A DNA stretch of 64,000 nucleotides from positions 4,032,001-4,096,000 of the forward strand of contig OY820905.2 in NCBI GenBank assembly GCA_963555755.3, read 5' to 3'. Shown one piece after another: positions 41,987 to 52,281 of the stretch. The translations under genes were made by a program, and so were the position numbers. This DNA is from Nitrospirales bacterium (GTDB lineage Bacteria; Nitrospirota; Nitrospiria; Nitrospirales; UBA8639). How positions within the stretch are numbered: position 1 is the stretch's first letter; each line of letters begins with the position of its first letter. Below the pieces are notes generated by a model. It was not told where the DNA came from. It did no database searches and saw only the letters and a list, made by a program, of their open reading frames with translations.

Positions 41987-44695
41987 GTGAATGTGGCGCC
42001 ATATAGTGAAGGCCAAACTCAGTCATTTTCGGAATCAGATGCTTGCGAATTCCATGAAAGGATCAACCGTGGCATGAGTGCAATTGTGGAATCGCTAAAT
42101 CGTATTCAGGCAACGAGAACGGCGGAAACGCTCAGTGACGAGACCCCCTCGGCCTTAGCAGAACCGGTGAGGGAAACAGCCGTGGACTCGTCTGAAACGT
42201 GCTCATCGGATTTGCGTGATTTCTTTAAGCCTCAGGTTCCCGAAGCCTCACCAAACGAGAATCCTATCTCATCAGTTTATCCCGCCGCCACTGAGCAGGA
42301 TTTGGCTGTATTAACCATGGAGCAGTGGTTGAGTATACTTCAGCAGGAATATGTGGGTTCGTATCTCAGGGATGGAGGAAGTTCGATCAAATTCGCGATT
42401 TGTGCTGGTGAAGATTTACATCTTTCGCTTCAGTCTGAGTTGAAAGCGATGGCCAAAGCCGAGGGACTGGTGTTTGTTCGTATCGATGCCCGATACACCA
42501 AGATTCATATGATGGATCGGTTGTTTTTCAAAGTGGCAAAACAGATCGATTGGGATGAACTCGCCTATAATTTTCTCGTCGCGCTCATACGCGACAAAGG
42601 GTATCAGGTTCCAGCCCAATGGGAAGATTTCAGTCTGCAATACCTCGCACAGCTCAATGACCGAAAGGAAGCGCTTCTGTGGAAAGATGTGCAAACGTGG
42701 GTGGAGCAGGCCATTGAAGGCGACCTGAACCTCTGTCAGGAATTCCGGATGGCCATGGTGTGTGTGTGCATGGCCCAGTTACAAGTCAGTGACGCGGCTC
42801 TCAATGTGGCACAATCCGTCAAAGACTGGCTGCGGGGTGAACTCAGGTTGATCTCCAGCGTGAAACCTGCGCTGATCTTTCAAAAGATTTCTCGGCATAA
42901 TGGTCGGCACATGTTCACGTCATTGACGCAATGGTTACGGCGAGCGAAGAAACCGGGGCTGGGGATCACGATAGACATTTCACGATACCTGGAGGCGAAG
43001 AAACCGAGTGAACCGGACACCACCTTCTATTACAGCTCTTCCGCGGTTCTTGATCTCTATGACACGCTACGCCAATTCATTGATGGCATGGATGATCATG
43101 CCGGGTGCTTGATAGTCGTTCTGGCCCCTCAAGAGTTTTTGAGTGATCGTCGCCGCGGCCTTGATCGATGTGAAGCGTTGAAACTGCGGATTTGGGATGA
43201 TGTGCGTGATACATATCAACAGAACCCTCTCGCCCCAATGGTGCGGCTTGCTGCATCGACTCCAGAGTCAATGTCCCATGCAGTAGGAAATGGCGCGATG
43301 CCACTTCACCAAGGTCGGGCCTCCCTCCGTGACCGGCGGGTGATTGAAGGATTGCGGTCTGGTGTGCCGAATCGAGATGTCATCCAGGCCTTGGGGTGTT
43401 ACCAACCGGAAGTGGAGGGCCGGTTCCAACACATGTTGACTGCGATGGATCAACATGCCGCCGAAGGTCGATCGACGCGAGGCATGATCGTGGAAGGGGG
43501 GTTCGGTACCGGGAAGTCACATGTGTTGGCGTATTTACAACATCTGGCATTGCAGCAGCAGTATATTTGCAGCCAAGTCATTATTAGTAAAGAAACCCCG
43601 CTGTACCATCCATTGAAAGTGTTCCTTTCTGCGATGGAGAATGCTGTGATGCCGGGTCATGCAGGCCAGGTGCTGGTAGACATAGCCAATCGCCTCGATG
43701 TCTGGAGTCCCGCCTACAAGGAATTATCCGACTGGGTGCATGACTATCGAAATGGAATGGATCAGCGGTTTGCCGCGACCATGTTTTTATTCCACCGGAT
43801 GTACAGCGAGCCCGAGCTTCGCCATCGCGTGATTCGGTTTTGGAGTGGCGACTCGTTGGCCATGAATGAAATTCGAACCAATTTGCGCCAATGCGGGGCG
43901 TATCAACAGTATTCCTTCGCCAGGATTCGTGAGGTCGATTTGGCCGTTCAACGGTTCCACTTTGCCGCCAAGCTGATGCGTGTGGCTGGGTATCGGGGTT
44001 GGGTGTTGTTTCTCGATGAGGCCGAACTCATTGGTCGATATTCCTTTGGCCAACGAATCAAATCGTATGCGGAATTAGGACGGGTCTTGGGTGTGTCCAC
44101 AGATGGCGGCATCCCAGGGCTCACTTCAGTGGTGGCGTTAACGGATGATTTTCAATCCGAGATCCTTGAAGCCAAAGGTGATCGGAGTCGGGTGCTTGAT
44201 GCCCTCGGCAAGGTCGGCACGAATGCCATACTTGAAAAACAGGCTGAAGAAGGGGTGCGGTTTATCCAATGGGATTCGACCTTGCTACGAGAGTTAACGG
44301 AAGTTCGTGTGGAGGAAGCCTATCATAAAATTCGACAGCTTCATCGCGCAGTGTACTGCGATAACCAGGAGTCCTTGGCTCAGGCCTATGACCTGCCGCC
44401 CATCGCCTTTACAGGCAAGCGAATGCGAGAATGGGTCAAGAGTTGGGTGACGGAGTGGGATCTGAAGCGGCTCCTGTCTCGGGATCATGTCGAAATCGAA
44501 ATCCGTTCGATCACACACGAGTACCAGGAAGATACAACCTTGGAAGCCTCGGCTGCAGAAGACATGGATCAGCCCTCAGTCGTTGAGTCAGAATTGCTAA
44601 AAACCTCTGAGGCTCTGGTTAAGCCCTCAACTATTTCGGTGAAGCGCAATCCCTTTGCCTCTTACCGTTCGGCATCACCTGAAGAAATTACCTGA
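41987..44695 (+). CDS. Tandem BrxD/DUF2791-like P-loop ATPase (degenerate domain fused to an intact domain)
   Basis: Second half: IEGLRSGVP, Walker A GGFGTGKSH, Walker B WVLFLDEAE; first half: LRQFID and EALKLRIWDDV without a Walker A; start uncertain. Confidence 0.75.
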   Translation: MNVAPYSEGQTQSFSESDACEFHERINRGMSAIVESLNRIQATRTAETLSDETPSALAEPVRETAVDSSETCSSDLRDFFKPQVPEASPNENPISSVYPAATEQDLAVLTMEQWLSILQQEYVGSYLRDGGSSIKFAICAGEDLHLSLQSELKAMAKAEGLVFVRIDARYTKIHMMDRLFFKVAKQIDWDELAYNFLVALIRDKGYQVPAQWEDFSLQYLAQLNDRKEALLWKDVQTWVEQAIEGDLNLCQEFRMAMVCVCMAQLQVSDAALNVAQSVKDWLRGELRLISSVKPALIFQKISRHNGRHMFTSLTQWLRRAKKPGLGITIDISRYLEAKKPSEPDTTFYYSSSAVLDLYDTLRQFIDGMDDHAGCLIVVLAPQEFLSDRRRGLDRCEALKLRIWDDVRDTYQQNPLAPMVRLAASTPESMSHAVGNGAMPLHQGRASLRDRRVIEGLRSGVPNRDVIQALGCYQPEVEGRFQHMLTAMDQHAAEGRSTRGMIVEGGFGTGKSHVLAYLQHLALQQQYICSQVIISKETPLYHPLKVFLSAMENAVMPGHAGQVLVDIANRLDVWSPAYKELSDWVHDYRNGMDQRFAATMFLFHRMYSEPELRHRVIRFWSGDSLAMNEIRTNLRQCGAYQQYSFARIREVDLAVQRFHFAAKLMRVAGYRGWVLFLDEAELIGRYSFGQRIKSYAELGRVLGVSTDGGIPGLTSVVALTDDFQSEILEAKGDRSRVLDALGKVGTNAILEKQAEEGVRFIQWDSTLLRELTEVRVEEAYHKIRQLHRAVYCDNQESLAQAYDLPPIAFTGKRMREWVKSWVTEWDLKRLLSRDHVEIEIRSITHEYQEDTTLEASAAEDMDQPSVVESELLKTSEALVKPSTISVKRNPFASYRSASPEEIT

Positions 44696-44878
44696 CAGGT
44701 TCTTTCGCGGCGACCTCATGGTTCGTGCCTCCTTCCTGTGTGTGAGGGGTTCCTCCGCGCCATCATTTTTCGAGCGATCACTGTCCTGTTTCATACATGG
44801 CTTATACGTTCGTTCGTGGTGAGCATGTCGAACCATGAATAGATCCTATCGGAATATCTCACCCTATGATTCAAAACA

Positions 44879-46315
44879 TCACTTTCTTGGTGTCCATTCT
44901 GGGGGAACATCAAAGGGAATTTCATGGGGGTTATGCCGGTTCTGTAATGGCGATAAAAAGGAATTATTAGGTTTCCATTCGCGCGAGAGTTTTTGGGCTT
45001 CGGCGATTTGCTCAGGGGTCATATCCTTTGCGACCTTGCCTCGATTTTTGATAGCACTTTTTTGGTCTTCACCTTCGGATCTCGAGGCCGCGAGATCATA
45101 CCACAAATAAGCCTGAACAAAATCCTGCTTGACCCATTGGCCAGCGTGATACCACCCACCTATGAGAAATTGTGCTTTGGCGTCACCTTGCTCAGCGGAC
45201 AAGCGGAACCATTTCACCAACCTCGCATCCACTGGTAATTCAGCCTCAACCTTATCCGCTAATTTGTTAGCCTGCTCCACAATTTTGCGGGTTTGCTGCG
45301 CCTCCTTGATGCTTTCCTGCACCGCTTCCGCATCATTCTGCGTAACTCCATCACCCTCGACGTCCATTCCATCAGCCTTTAGCTGTGCCTTAGCCTCATT
45401 CTGCTCCACAGCTTCCATAAGTCTTTCCTTCAACTCTTGGGCATTTCTTTGGATGTAACTCAGAAGATATCGTGCGTCTGCATGGCCCTGCTCGGCGGCC
45501 ATGCGGAACCACTTTTCCGCCTCCGCATAATCTTGCGTTACTCCATCGCCCTTGACGTACACGACTCCGAGTTGCACTTGCGCTTCAGTGTCACCCTGCT
45601 CAGCCGCCATACGGAGCCATTTCACTCCTTTGGCAAAATCCTGCATCCCAAACCGCCCAGATAAGTACATGCCCCCGAGTTTTAGTTGCGCTTCAGCGTC
45701 ACCCTGCTCTGCAGCTTTGCGGAACCACTTTGCCATCTTCGCAAAATCCTGCTTTACTCCTTCGCCCTTGCCGTACATGACCCCGAGATTTATTTGTGCC
45801 TTGGGGTCACTCTGCTCCGCAGCTTTGCGGAACCACTTTTCCGCCTCCGCATAATCTTGCACCACCAACTGCCCTGAAAGGTACATGACCCCGATGGTGT
45901 ATTGAGCTGTAGCATAGCCCTGCTCCGCAGCCTTGCCGATCCATTTCACTGCTTCTATATTATCCTGGGGAATTCCCTGGCCCTCGCGGTACATTAAACC
46001 GAGCATCATTTGTCCTTGAGGATCACCTTGCTCCGCGGCCTTGCGGAACCACCTTTCCGCAACCGCATGATCCTGCGCTACTCCCTCGCCATTGTAGTAC
46101 ATGCGCCCTAGTACGCCTTGAGCGTTAGCGTCACCTTGTTCTGCCATGGATAAAAATTTTTGGAGTGCCTTCTCGTAGTCATCTTTTTCTAATGCATTGA
46201 CTCCTACTTCAAACCGATCTGAATCAGCGGTAAATGCTTGGGGAATCTGGAAAAACCAGGTAAGCAAAATGATAAAAATACAGGTCTTTAATATTTTTGA
46301 GTTTTTAACAACCAT
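44879..46315 (-). CDS. Exported SEL1-repeat protein
   Basis: Multiple AQ..LG.MY..G.GV.QD...A.KWFRKAAEQG repeats. Confidence 0.92.
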   Translation of the reverse strand: MVVKNSKILKTCIFIILLTWFFQIPQAFTADSDRFEVGVNALEKDDYEKALQKFLSMAEQGDANAQGVLGRMYYNGEGVAQDHAVAERWFRKAAEQGDPQGQMMLGLMYREGQGIPQDNIEAVKWIGKAAEQGYATAQYTIGVMYLSGQLVVQDYAEAEKWFRKAAEQSDPKAQINLGVMYGKGEGVKQDFAKMAKWFRKAAEQGDAEAQLKLGGMYLSGRFGMQDFAKGVKWLRMAAEQGDTEAQVQLGVVYVKGDGVTQDYAEAEKWFRMAAEQGHADARYLLSYIQRNAQELKERLMEAVEQNEAKAQLKADGMDVEGDGVTQNDAEAVQESIKEAQQTRKIVEQANKLADKVEAELPVDARLVKWFRLSAEQGDAKAQFLIGGWYHAGQWVKQDFVQAYLWYDLAASRSEGEDQKSAIKNRGKVAKDMTPEQIAEAQKLSREWKPNNSFLSPLQNRHNPHEIPFDVPPEWTPRK

Positions 46316-46392
46316 AAGGAAAAGAAAGGAATAGAATAGAAGCATTCCCGCAACTCATTGGGTTTTATTGTCCATAGTTAACCCTCACAGAT

Positions 46393-48156
46393 TCACATCC
46401 GCTCCAGTTCCACCCTAGCCGCGGTGTATTCCGTGGAACTGGTCACTCCGGTCTCGACGGATTGCTGAAACATCTCGCGTGCCTTGTCCTTCTCTCCGCG
46501 CAGAAGATGGTATTGGCCGATATAAAAATACGCTTCGCATTTTCGCTCGTTTTCGATTTTTTTGTCGGGGTCGACAATCTCTTTAAAAACCCGGCTGGCA
46601 GTGAGGTTCCCAAGGAACATGGAGACCACAGGGCCTGGCCACGTTTGCAGGTCCACGACCCTGGATTGAAATTTGAGTACGGGTATTCCGTTCTTTTTCT
46701 CTCCCATGCGGGCGAGATAAAGCCAGATCATGGATTGGATGTCCTTAAGATCAATGACTGCCGCATGTTCAAAATCCATCGCGGCCTTGCTGAACCGGTT
46801 GAGGAAATACTGGGACCATCCACGGTATTTATATCCGCTGGCGCGATTCGGTTTCAGTCTAATTGCCGAATCGAAATCGGCAAGCGCTTTTTCGTATTGG
46901 CCCGCTTGTGTAAGGGCATTACCCCTGTTGTTGTACGGGTCCGAATATTTCGGATTCAGTTCGAGGGCTCGATTAAATTCTGCGATCGCTTTATCGTTCT
47001 GGCCTTTTTCAAAATACACAAGGCCGCGGTGATTATAGCTAAAGGCTAAATCCGGCTGAATGTTGATGGCGCGGTTGTAATCGGCAAGCGCTTTATCGTA
47101 TTTGCCATTCTTAAAGTACGCGACGCCCCGGCTGACATAGGCAAGCGCAAAATCAGGATTCAATTTGAGCGCCCAGTCAAAATCCGCAATGGCTTCATCA
47201 AATGCGGCCTTGTCGGTGAAGGCCTCGCCCCGCCCCTTATAATAATATGGCTGCTCTGGATCCAGTTGCAGGGCGCGGTTGAGATCAGCCAACCCCTGGT
47301 TGAACTCGCCTTTTTGAGAATAAGCGGTGCCGCGACCATAATAGCCATAGGCCTCAAGTGGATTCATCGTGATGACTCGATTATAATCTTCAATGGCCTT
47401 GTCAAACTGATCATTGCTCTGGTAAATGCCTGCGCGATTAAGATAGGAAAAGGCATGGTCCGGCTTTAGTTTAATGGCCTGGCTGTAATCTGAAATTGCC
47501 AGATCTAATTGTCCCTTCCTGTGAAGGGCTACGCCGCGATTGCTGTATGCGGAGGCATGGTCGGGTTGCAGGTCGATGGTTCGCGTGTGATCGGCGATAG
47601 CCTTGTCGAACTCGCCTGTCTGAATGTATGCAACGCCGCGGTTGTAGTAGGCAGCGACATAATCAGCTTTCAGTCTTATGGCACGGGAGTAATCCGCAAT
47701 GGCCTGGGCGGGTTGGCCTTTATTAATGTACGCAACGCCCCGATTATAATGAGCCAGCGCAAAATCCGGTTGCAGTTCGATGGCTCGAGTGTAGTCGGCG
47801 ATAGCTTCATCGTACTGGCCATTGGCCTGATAGGCGTTGCCACGGTCGTTATATGCGGCAACATTGTCAGGTGTCAGTTCAATTGCGCGGGAATAATCCG
47901 TAATGGCTCTTTCATATTGGCCAATGGATTCGAAGGCAATCGCGCGGTTGCTAAAAGTCTTTGCCTGTGTTCCTTTCGGCAGATCCGGAATCTCCAGAAT
48001 ATTCGTGTATAAATCAAGAGCGTGTCTATAATTCCCATTTAATAGAGCCGTCTCTGCGGATTTTATATTTTCCTCATACCCGGCCCAGACAATGGTCGCA
48101 AAGGCCAGTATTGCCAGCCCGGCGACTCCTGTTAGATGTAATAAAATATTTTTCAA
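46393..48156 (-). CDS. Exported TPR protein with NlpI-like C-terminus
   Basis: About 12 AY.NRG...AIADY.RAI.L.P repeats; CEAYFYIG...EY..ARVEL tail; TTG start after GGTGAGG. Confidence 0.9.
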   Translation of the reverse strand: MKNILLHLTGVAGLAILAFATIVWAGYEENIKSAETALLNGNYRHALDLYTNILEIPDLPKGTQAKTFSNRAIAFESIGQYERAITDYSRAIELTPDNVAAYNDRGNAYQANGQYDEAIADYTRAIELQPDFALAHYNRGVAYINKGQPAQAIADYSRAIRLKADYVAAYYNRGVAYIQTGEFDKAIADHTRTIDLQPDHASAYSNRGVALHRKGQLDLAISDYSQAIKLKPDHAFSYLNRAGIYQSNDQFDKAIEDYNRVITMNPLEAYGYYGRGTAYSQKGEFNQGLADLNRALQLDPEQPYYYKGRGEAFTDKAAFDEAIADFDWALKLNPDFALAYVSRGVAYFKNGKYDKALADYNRAINIQPDLAFSYNHRGLVYFEKGQNDKAIAEFNRALELNPKYSDPYNNRGNALTQAGQYEKALADFDSAIRLKPNRASGYKYRGWSQYFLNRFSKAAMDFEHAAVIDLKDIQSMIWLYLARMGEKKNGIPVLKFQSRVVDLQTWPGPVVSMFLGNLTASRVFKEIVDPDKKIENERKCEAYFYIGQYHLLRGEKDKAREMFQQSVETGVTSSTEYTAARVELERM

Positions 48157-48240
48157 TTTAACCTCACCGTGTAGGCGCTGATGAAGCAATTAATCAAAGG
48201 CCCCGTAGCAAGCTGTCGTGGTATCCGAAAAGGATGTATA

Positions 48241-48381
48241 GGGCACCTCTAAAAACCGTCCTTTTCCGTGATGGCGGCGTCAGCCGCGTGCTCAAATCCT
48301 CATGTATTCGCCCATACACTCCGGTTTTCCGCGCGCGGCTTCCTTGCCCTCACAAAAAATGCCTGGTTTTTAGAGGTGCCC
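48241..48381 (+). mobile_element. MITE family E (141 bp), copy 1
   Basis: 16-bp IR GGGCACCTCTAAAAAC; TA on both flanks. Confidence 0.9.
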
Positions 48382-48652
48382 TATATGTAAATGCCACAGC
48401 AAGCCACGGGGAATTTAACCCATTTGTGGGATTAATCTGGAATTTTTTATGGACATTAGTAATCGCCAATATTCACCCTGATTGGGTAAACCATATTGTG
48501 AGATCAAAATTTCTTTTTGAATTTAGCTCCTATTATAACATTCATTCAGCCTGCTTTGGTATCACCCCTTCCGTTGCACTAGCGAGTTGAATCTAAGCAT
48601 TATTTTTATCTGAAGGTTATTCATGTGAAGGCCTGTAAAAGGTATTGTATTG

Positions 48653-48774
48653 TTCTTCGAGAGTGACGAGGTCTTTGGGGTCGAGAGGGAAGGCCATGAT
48701 GGCGGAAGGAAACTGTATTTTGGTATGATTGCAAAACAAAGGAAAAGCCCCACCGTCGTAACGATGAGGTTCTC
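48653..48774 (-). repeat. Terminator plus MA.PLDP..LVTLEE gene-start fragment
   Basis: Homologous to ~63143-63260. Confidence 0.75.
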
Positions 48775-48923
48775 ACATGTAATGCTTGTATCGACAACTC
48801 GTTTACGCCAACACACAGAGCCAAAACACCACCGTAGTTTCTTAAACCCTGTGTCCAAATTGTTCTGACGACATACAGCATCGAAATTTTTTTGAAAAAA
48901 CAGGCGAATAATAAAGGTGTAGT

Positions 48924-50981
48924 ATGAAAATTTTTTACACTCTCTCGCTTGTACTTCTATTGTATGTAACCAACTCGCCAGCTCTGGCGGTACATGAATG
49001 CGGTGAACTTATGGGGAGCTGCCTCCCTCAGATGGTATTGTCCTCTGAGCCACAACCTCTGGTAATGGTCGAGGCTGCGCCTGAACCCGCAGAGCCAGTG
49101 AACCCCTGGAATCCGCCGCCGGATGAATACGATCCTACCGAACAGGATGAATTAAATTATTCCGAAGCTCCGTTTAACCCGATTGATAAAGCGCTTGAAG
49201 AGGCTGATGCCGCTCAATTCTCAGGGAGGTATGCCGACGCATTGGAAATACTGACACCGCTGGCGGAGCAGGGAAATCCCATTGCTCAAGAGAACCTGGC
49301 GCGCATGTATCTCAACGGTCGCGGTGTTCCACAAAACGACAGTGAAGCGGCTCGGTGGATGCGGAAGGCTGCCGATCAAGGCTTCGCACAAGCCCAATAC
49401 CTCCTCGGGGCCCTGTATGACGACGGCCGGGGCGTGCCGCAAAGCAAATCCGAATCGCTCAAATGGATGAGACGGGCTGCGGAACAAGACCATCCGGCGG
49501 CGCAATATGACCTTGCCGTCTCATACTCTCTGGGCAAGGGCCTTCCGGTGGATTGGGAGCGTGCCGCCCATTGGTTGCGCAAGGCGGCCGAGCGCGGCCA
49601 CGGCCCGGCCCAATATTATATCGGCATCTTCTACCAAGACGGAAAAGGTGTTGAGAAAGATCTGGTCGAGGCCATCAAATGGTTTCGGGTCGCCGCCGAG
49701 AAAGGTCTTGCCCCCGCACAATTGCAACTTGGCTTAGCGCTACGCGAGCGGGCAAATTTCGCCCAGTCCGTGAAGCGAATGCTTGGGCTCAATGCCTCCC
49801 AATATAACTTAAGGGCCCTTGGATCACTTGCTCCTCCAAACGAGGCGGCGGCGGCTACCATTGAAGCCATGATCTGGCTCAAAGTAGCGGCACGTGCCGG
49901 CGAGGCTAGGGCCTATTGGGCGCTCGGTACCATTTATGGCGATTCTCCTGATGTCGCGATGGATTTCACGGAAGCGTATGTCTGGCTCACCCGCGCATGG
50001 GAGGTTTCAAAGGATTCCACGAACCGCGGCAATATCGAAGGCTTGTTGAAGTTAATCCTTGACCATCGGATGAAGCCGTGGCACATCGCCATGGCGGAGT
50101 CGCAGGCAAGACAGCTTGGGGTCAAGGCGCTTTACCCGCAAACTCAGGTCAACGTTGTGATCGACAGGACTCATCCTGATCCCGATCAACTATTCTCTTT
50201 GCGAATTGCCGATAGCCCTGGAACGACGTACCGTGTTTGGGGAACGTCAGACCTGTTCGCTGTATTGAAGGAGACCAAGCCCGATGCGTTCATGCAGGGC
50301 GGAAGCGGTGTCATGTTCGAGATTGAGACCGAGGAGCCGCTGCCAAACGGCAATGTCAAACGCATCCAACAAGTGGTGGAGTGGCGTTGTGCCTCCGGGG
50401 TTGTCGCGCTGGGGCACGGGTTTGTCAGTAATGATTGCGATCAGGCCGGCCCCGGCAACAAGACCGACTGGTCGGGGGCCAGCCTCAATTTGGAATTGAC
50501 ACCCTTCGGGGAACTGGTTGACCTGTCTGCGGAGACCGGTAATTTGGCCGTCGAAGATTTAGTGGAGCAAAATTTCGAAGAATTGGTCGGCCGAGGAATT
50601 TCTTCGCCGTTCCTACCCAAGACAGCTATTTCCGTGGGTGAACGATGGGACGGTGGATCCGGATTCATTGATCTTGCGGGTTTTGGCAGGCTCACCTTTT
50701 CGCGCCAGCTTGAACTGACGCGGATATTGGAAGCAAGCGATGAGCAGTATGCTGAGATCACGTTGCGCGGCACTGAGGTCACTCTTGAATCTAAAGAAGA
50801 CCGTTCAGCTGAACTTCGGCTGAACCGCAGCGACGTCGTTGGTACGATTATTTTCTCTTTCACCAACCAACGAGTGGTCGCCCAGACCTTCCATTATCAA
50901 GCGGACTTTGACGGACAGGATCCCAAAAAAGGCGATGAGAAGATCAATCTTTCGATTCAATTTCGGGCAGCTGAAGAATAA
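48924..50981 (+). CDS. Exported SEL1-repeat protein with a beta-rich C-terminal domain
   Basis: Signal peptide, Pro-rich linker, about 6 SEL1 repeats. Confidence 0.85.
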   Translation: MKIFYTLSLVLLLYVTNSPALAVHECGELMGSCLPQMVLSSEPQPLVMVEAAPEPAEPVNPWNPPPDEYDPTEQDELNYSEAPFNPIDKALEEADAAQFSGRYADALEILTPLAEQGNPIAQENLARMYLNGRGVPQNDSEAARWMRKAADQGFAQAQYLLGALYDDGRGVPQSKSESLKWMRRAAEQDHPAAQYDLAVSYSLGKGLPVDWERAAHWLRKAAERGHGPAQYYIGIFYQDGKGVEKDLVEAIKWFRVAAEKGLAPAQLQLGLALRERANFAQSVKRMLGLNASQYNLRALGSLAPPNEAAAATIEAMIWLKVAARAGEARAYWALGTIYGDSPDVAMDFTEAYVWLTRAWEVSKDSTNRGNIEGLLKLILDHRMKPWHIAMAESQARQLGVKALYPQTQVNVVIDRTHPDPDQLFSLRIADSPGTTYRVWGTSDLFAVLKETKPDAFMQGGSGVMFEIETEEPLPNGNVKRIQQVVEWRCASGVVALGHGFVSNDCDQAGPGNKTDWSGASLNLELTPFGELVDLSAETGNLAVEDLVEQNFEELVGRGISSPFLPKTAISVGERWDGGSGFIDLAGFGRLTFSRQLELTRILEASDEQYAEITLRGTEVTLESKEDRSAELRLNRSDVVGTIIFSFTNQRVVAQTFHYQADFDGQDPKKGDEKINLSIQFRAAEE

Positions 50982-51062
50982 TCGGTATTACCCAGACAGA
51001 AGACAATTCCCTCTGAGCGATTCAACGGACCAGGGTACCCAATAGGGCAATAGAGTATCGAA

Positions 51063-52247
51063 ATGCAAGGTTGGATCATGCCACGTCATGCGAAGTTCGG
51101 TTTATCTCTCCTGCTGATAGTCGGGATTCTGATAGTTCTGGCCGGAGTCGCTGATGCCAAAAACTGTCCACCCAACTCCGAATCGGTTTCCTCCACGGAG
51201 ACCAGCGGCGGAACACTTGTCACCTGCCGATGTCATGACGGGTTTTGGGAAGTCGAAAAGGCCTGCGTCGCCCGGGACAGCGCCGACCTTCAGGTAGCGG
51301 CAGCAAAGGAATATCAACTTCTGGTGGATTCGATTCAGGGAAAAGCCCTGGACAATAAGGAAGCGATCCAAAACTACGTACTTGCCCAAAAGTGGCCGCC
51401 CCAGATCGCAACGATCGTTGTACTCACCACACTCGAAATGGCCTGGGGGCAATTCGACCGAGCCAGTTGGTATCTCGGCGTTGTTAGCCGCTTCGTTGAG
51501 GATGACGTCCTCAATGCCTATGCCCAGTTGGTTGACGATCGCAGACGCACCTTTGTCATTCGCGATCGCATCGGCCCGTTTGTGCGTGAGCGTGTTGACC
51601 CCAATCTGATCAGCCACCTGAAGGTGGCGGCGCAACGCAAAATTATTCAGGCGTCAATCCGGCGAGGCCAAGGCGACTATGATACCGCCATCACACTTTA
51701 TGAAGAAGCCGTCAAGAACCTTGGTCGATCTGAAGAATTCAAAATTCAGAGCGAAATCAGAGACGCGATAGTTTGGACCAGTCAGCTCAGAGCTGCCAGA
51801 GACGAGCGGATTAACCCTGGCGCCCGCGCCGAATTTTATCGCCAAGCCAGGGAAACAGCAGCTGCCCGACGCGCATGGAGCCTTGCAGGAGCCCTTGCTG
51901 AAGCGGAGCAGAAGAATGCATCGCTTACGATGTATAAAGAGGCTCGTGATTTATTTTCCACGGCTGACACACGGATGGTGCCGGTCATCGAAAAACAAAT
52001 GAAATCGGTTGCCGAGGATCGGTTCGAACACCTTCCCCCTGACCTGGAAGGATTGTTCAAACACCAGTATCGTTGGGTGCCGACTAAGTCGATCCGTGCC
52101 ACGATCGTTCTTGATGCCCTGGAATATGCCAAAGGCGACTGGCAAGGCAGTCTTCAGTATGTCGGCCTGTCCCTCAAGGCCGATCCGGGCAATGCCAATC
52201 TTCGCGAAGCCCGCGCCTATCTCGAGGGCTTAAGCGCGGGACGTTAA
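51063..52247 (+). CDS. Exported TPR-like protein with a Cys-rich (EGF-like) N-terminus
   Basis: CPPNS...CRCHDGF...CV, followed by helical repeats. Confidence 0.7.
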   Translation: MQGWIMPRHAKFGLSLLLIVGILIVLAGVADAKNCPPNSESVSSTETSGGTLVTCRCHDGFWEVEKACVARDSADLQVAAAKEYQLLVDSIQGKALDNKEAIQNYVLAQKWPPQIATIVVLTTLEMAWGQFDRASWYLGVVSRFVEDDVLNAYAQLVDDRRRTFVIRDRIGPFVRERVDPNLISHLKVAAQRKIIQASIRRGQGDYDTAITLYEEAVKNLGRSEEFKIQSEIRDAIVWTSQLRAARDERINPGARAEFYRQARETAAARRAWSLAGALAEAEQKNASLTMYKEARDLFSTADTRMVPVIEKQMKSVAEDRFEHLPPDLEGLFKHQYRWVPTKSIRATIVLDALEYAKGDWQGSLQYVGLSLKADPGNANLREARAYLEGLSAGR

Positions 52248-52281
52248 TCTTCCTGGTGCTGTGCAATGGAGAGGACACCGA

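Noticed and set aside
41987..44695. Complete BREX system
   Set aside because: No pglZ, pglX, brxA/B/L or helicase in the window
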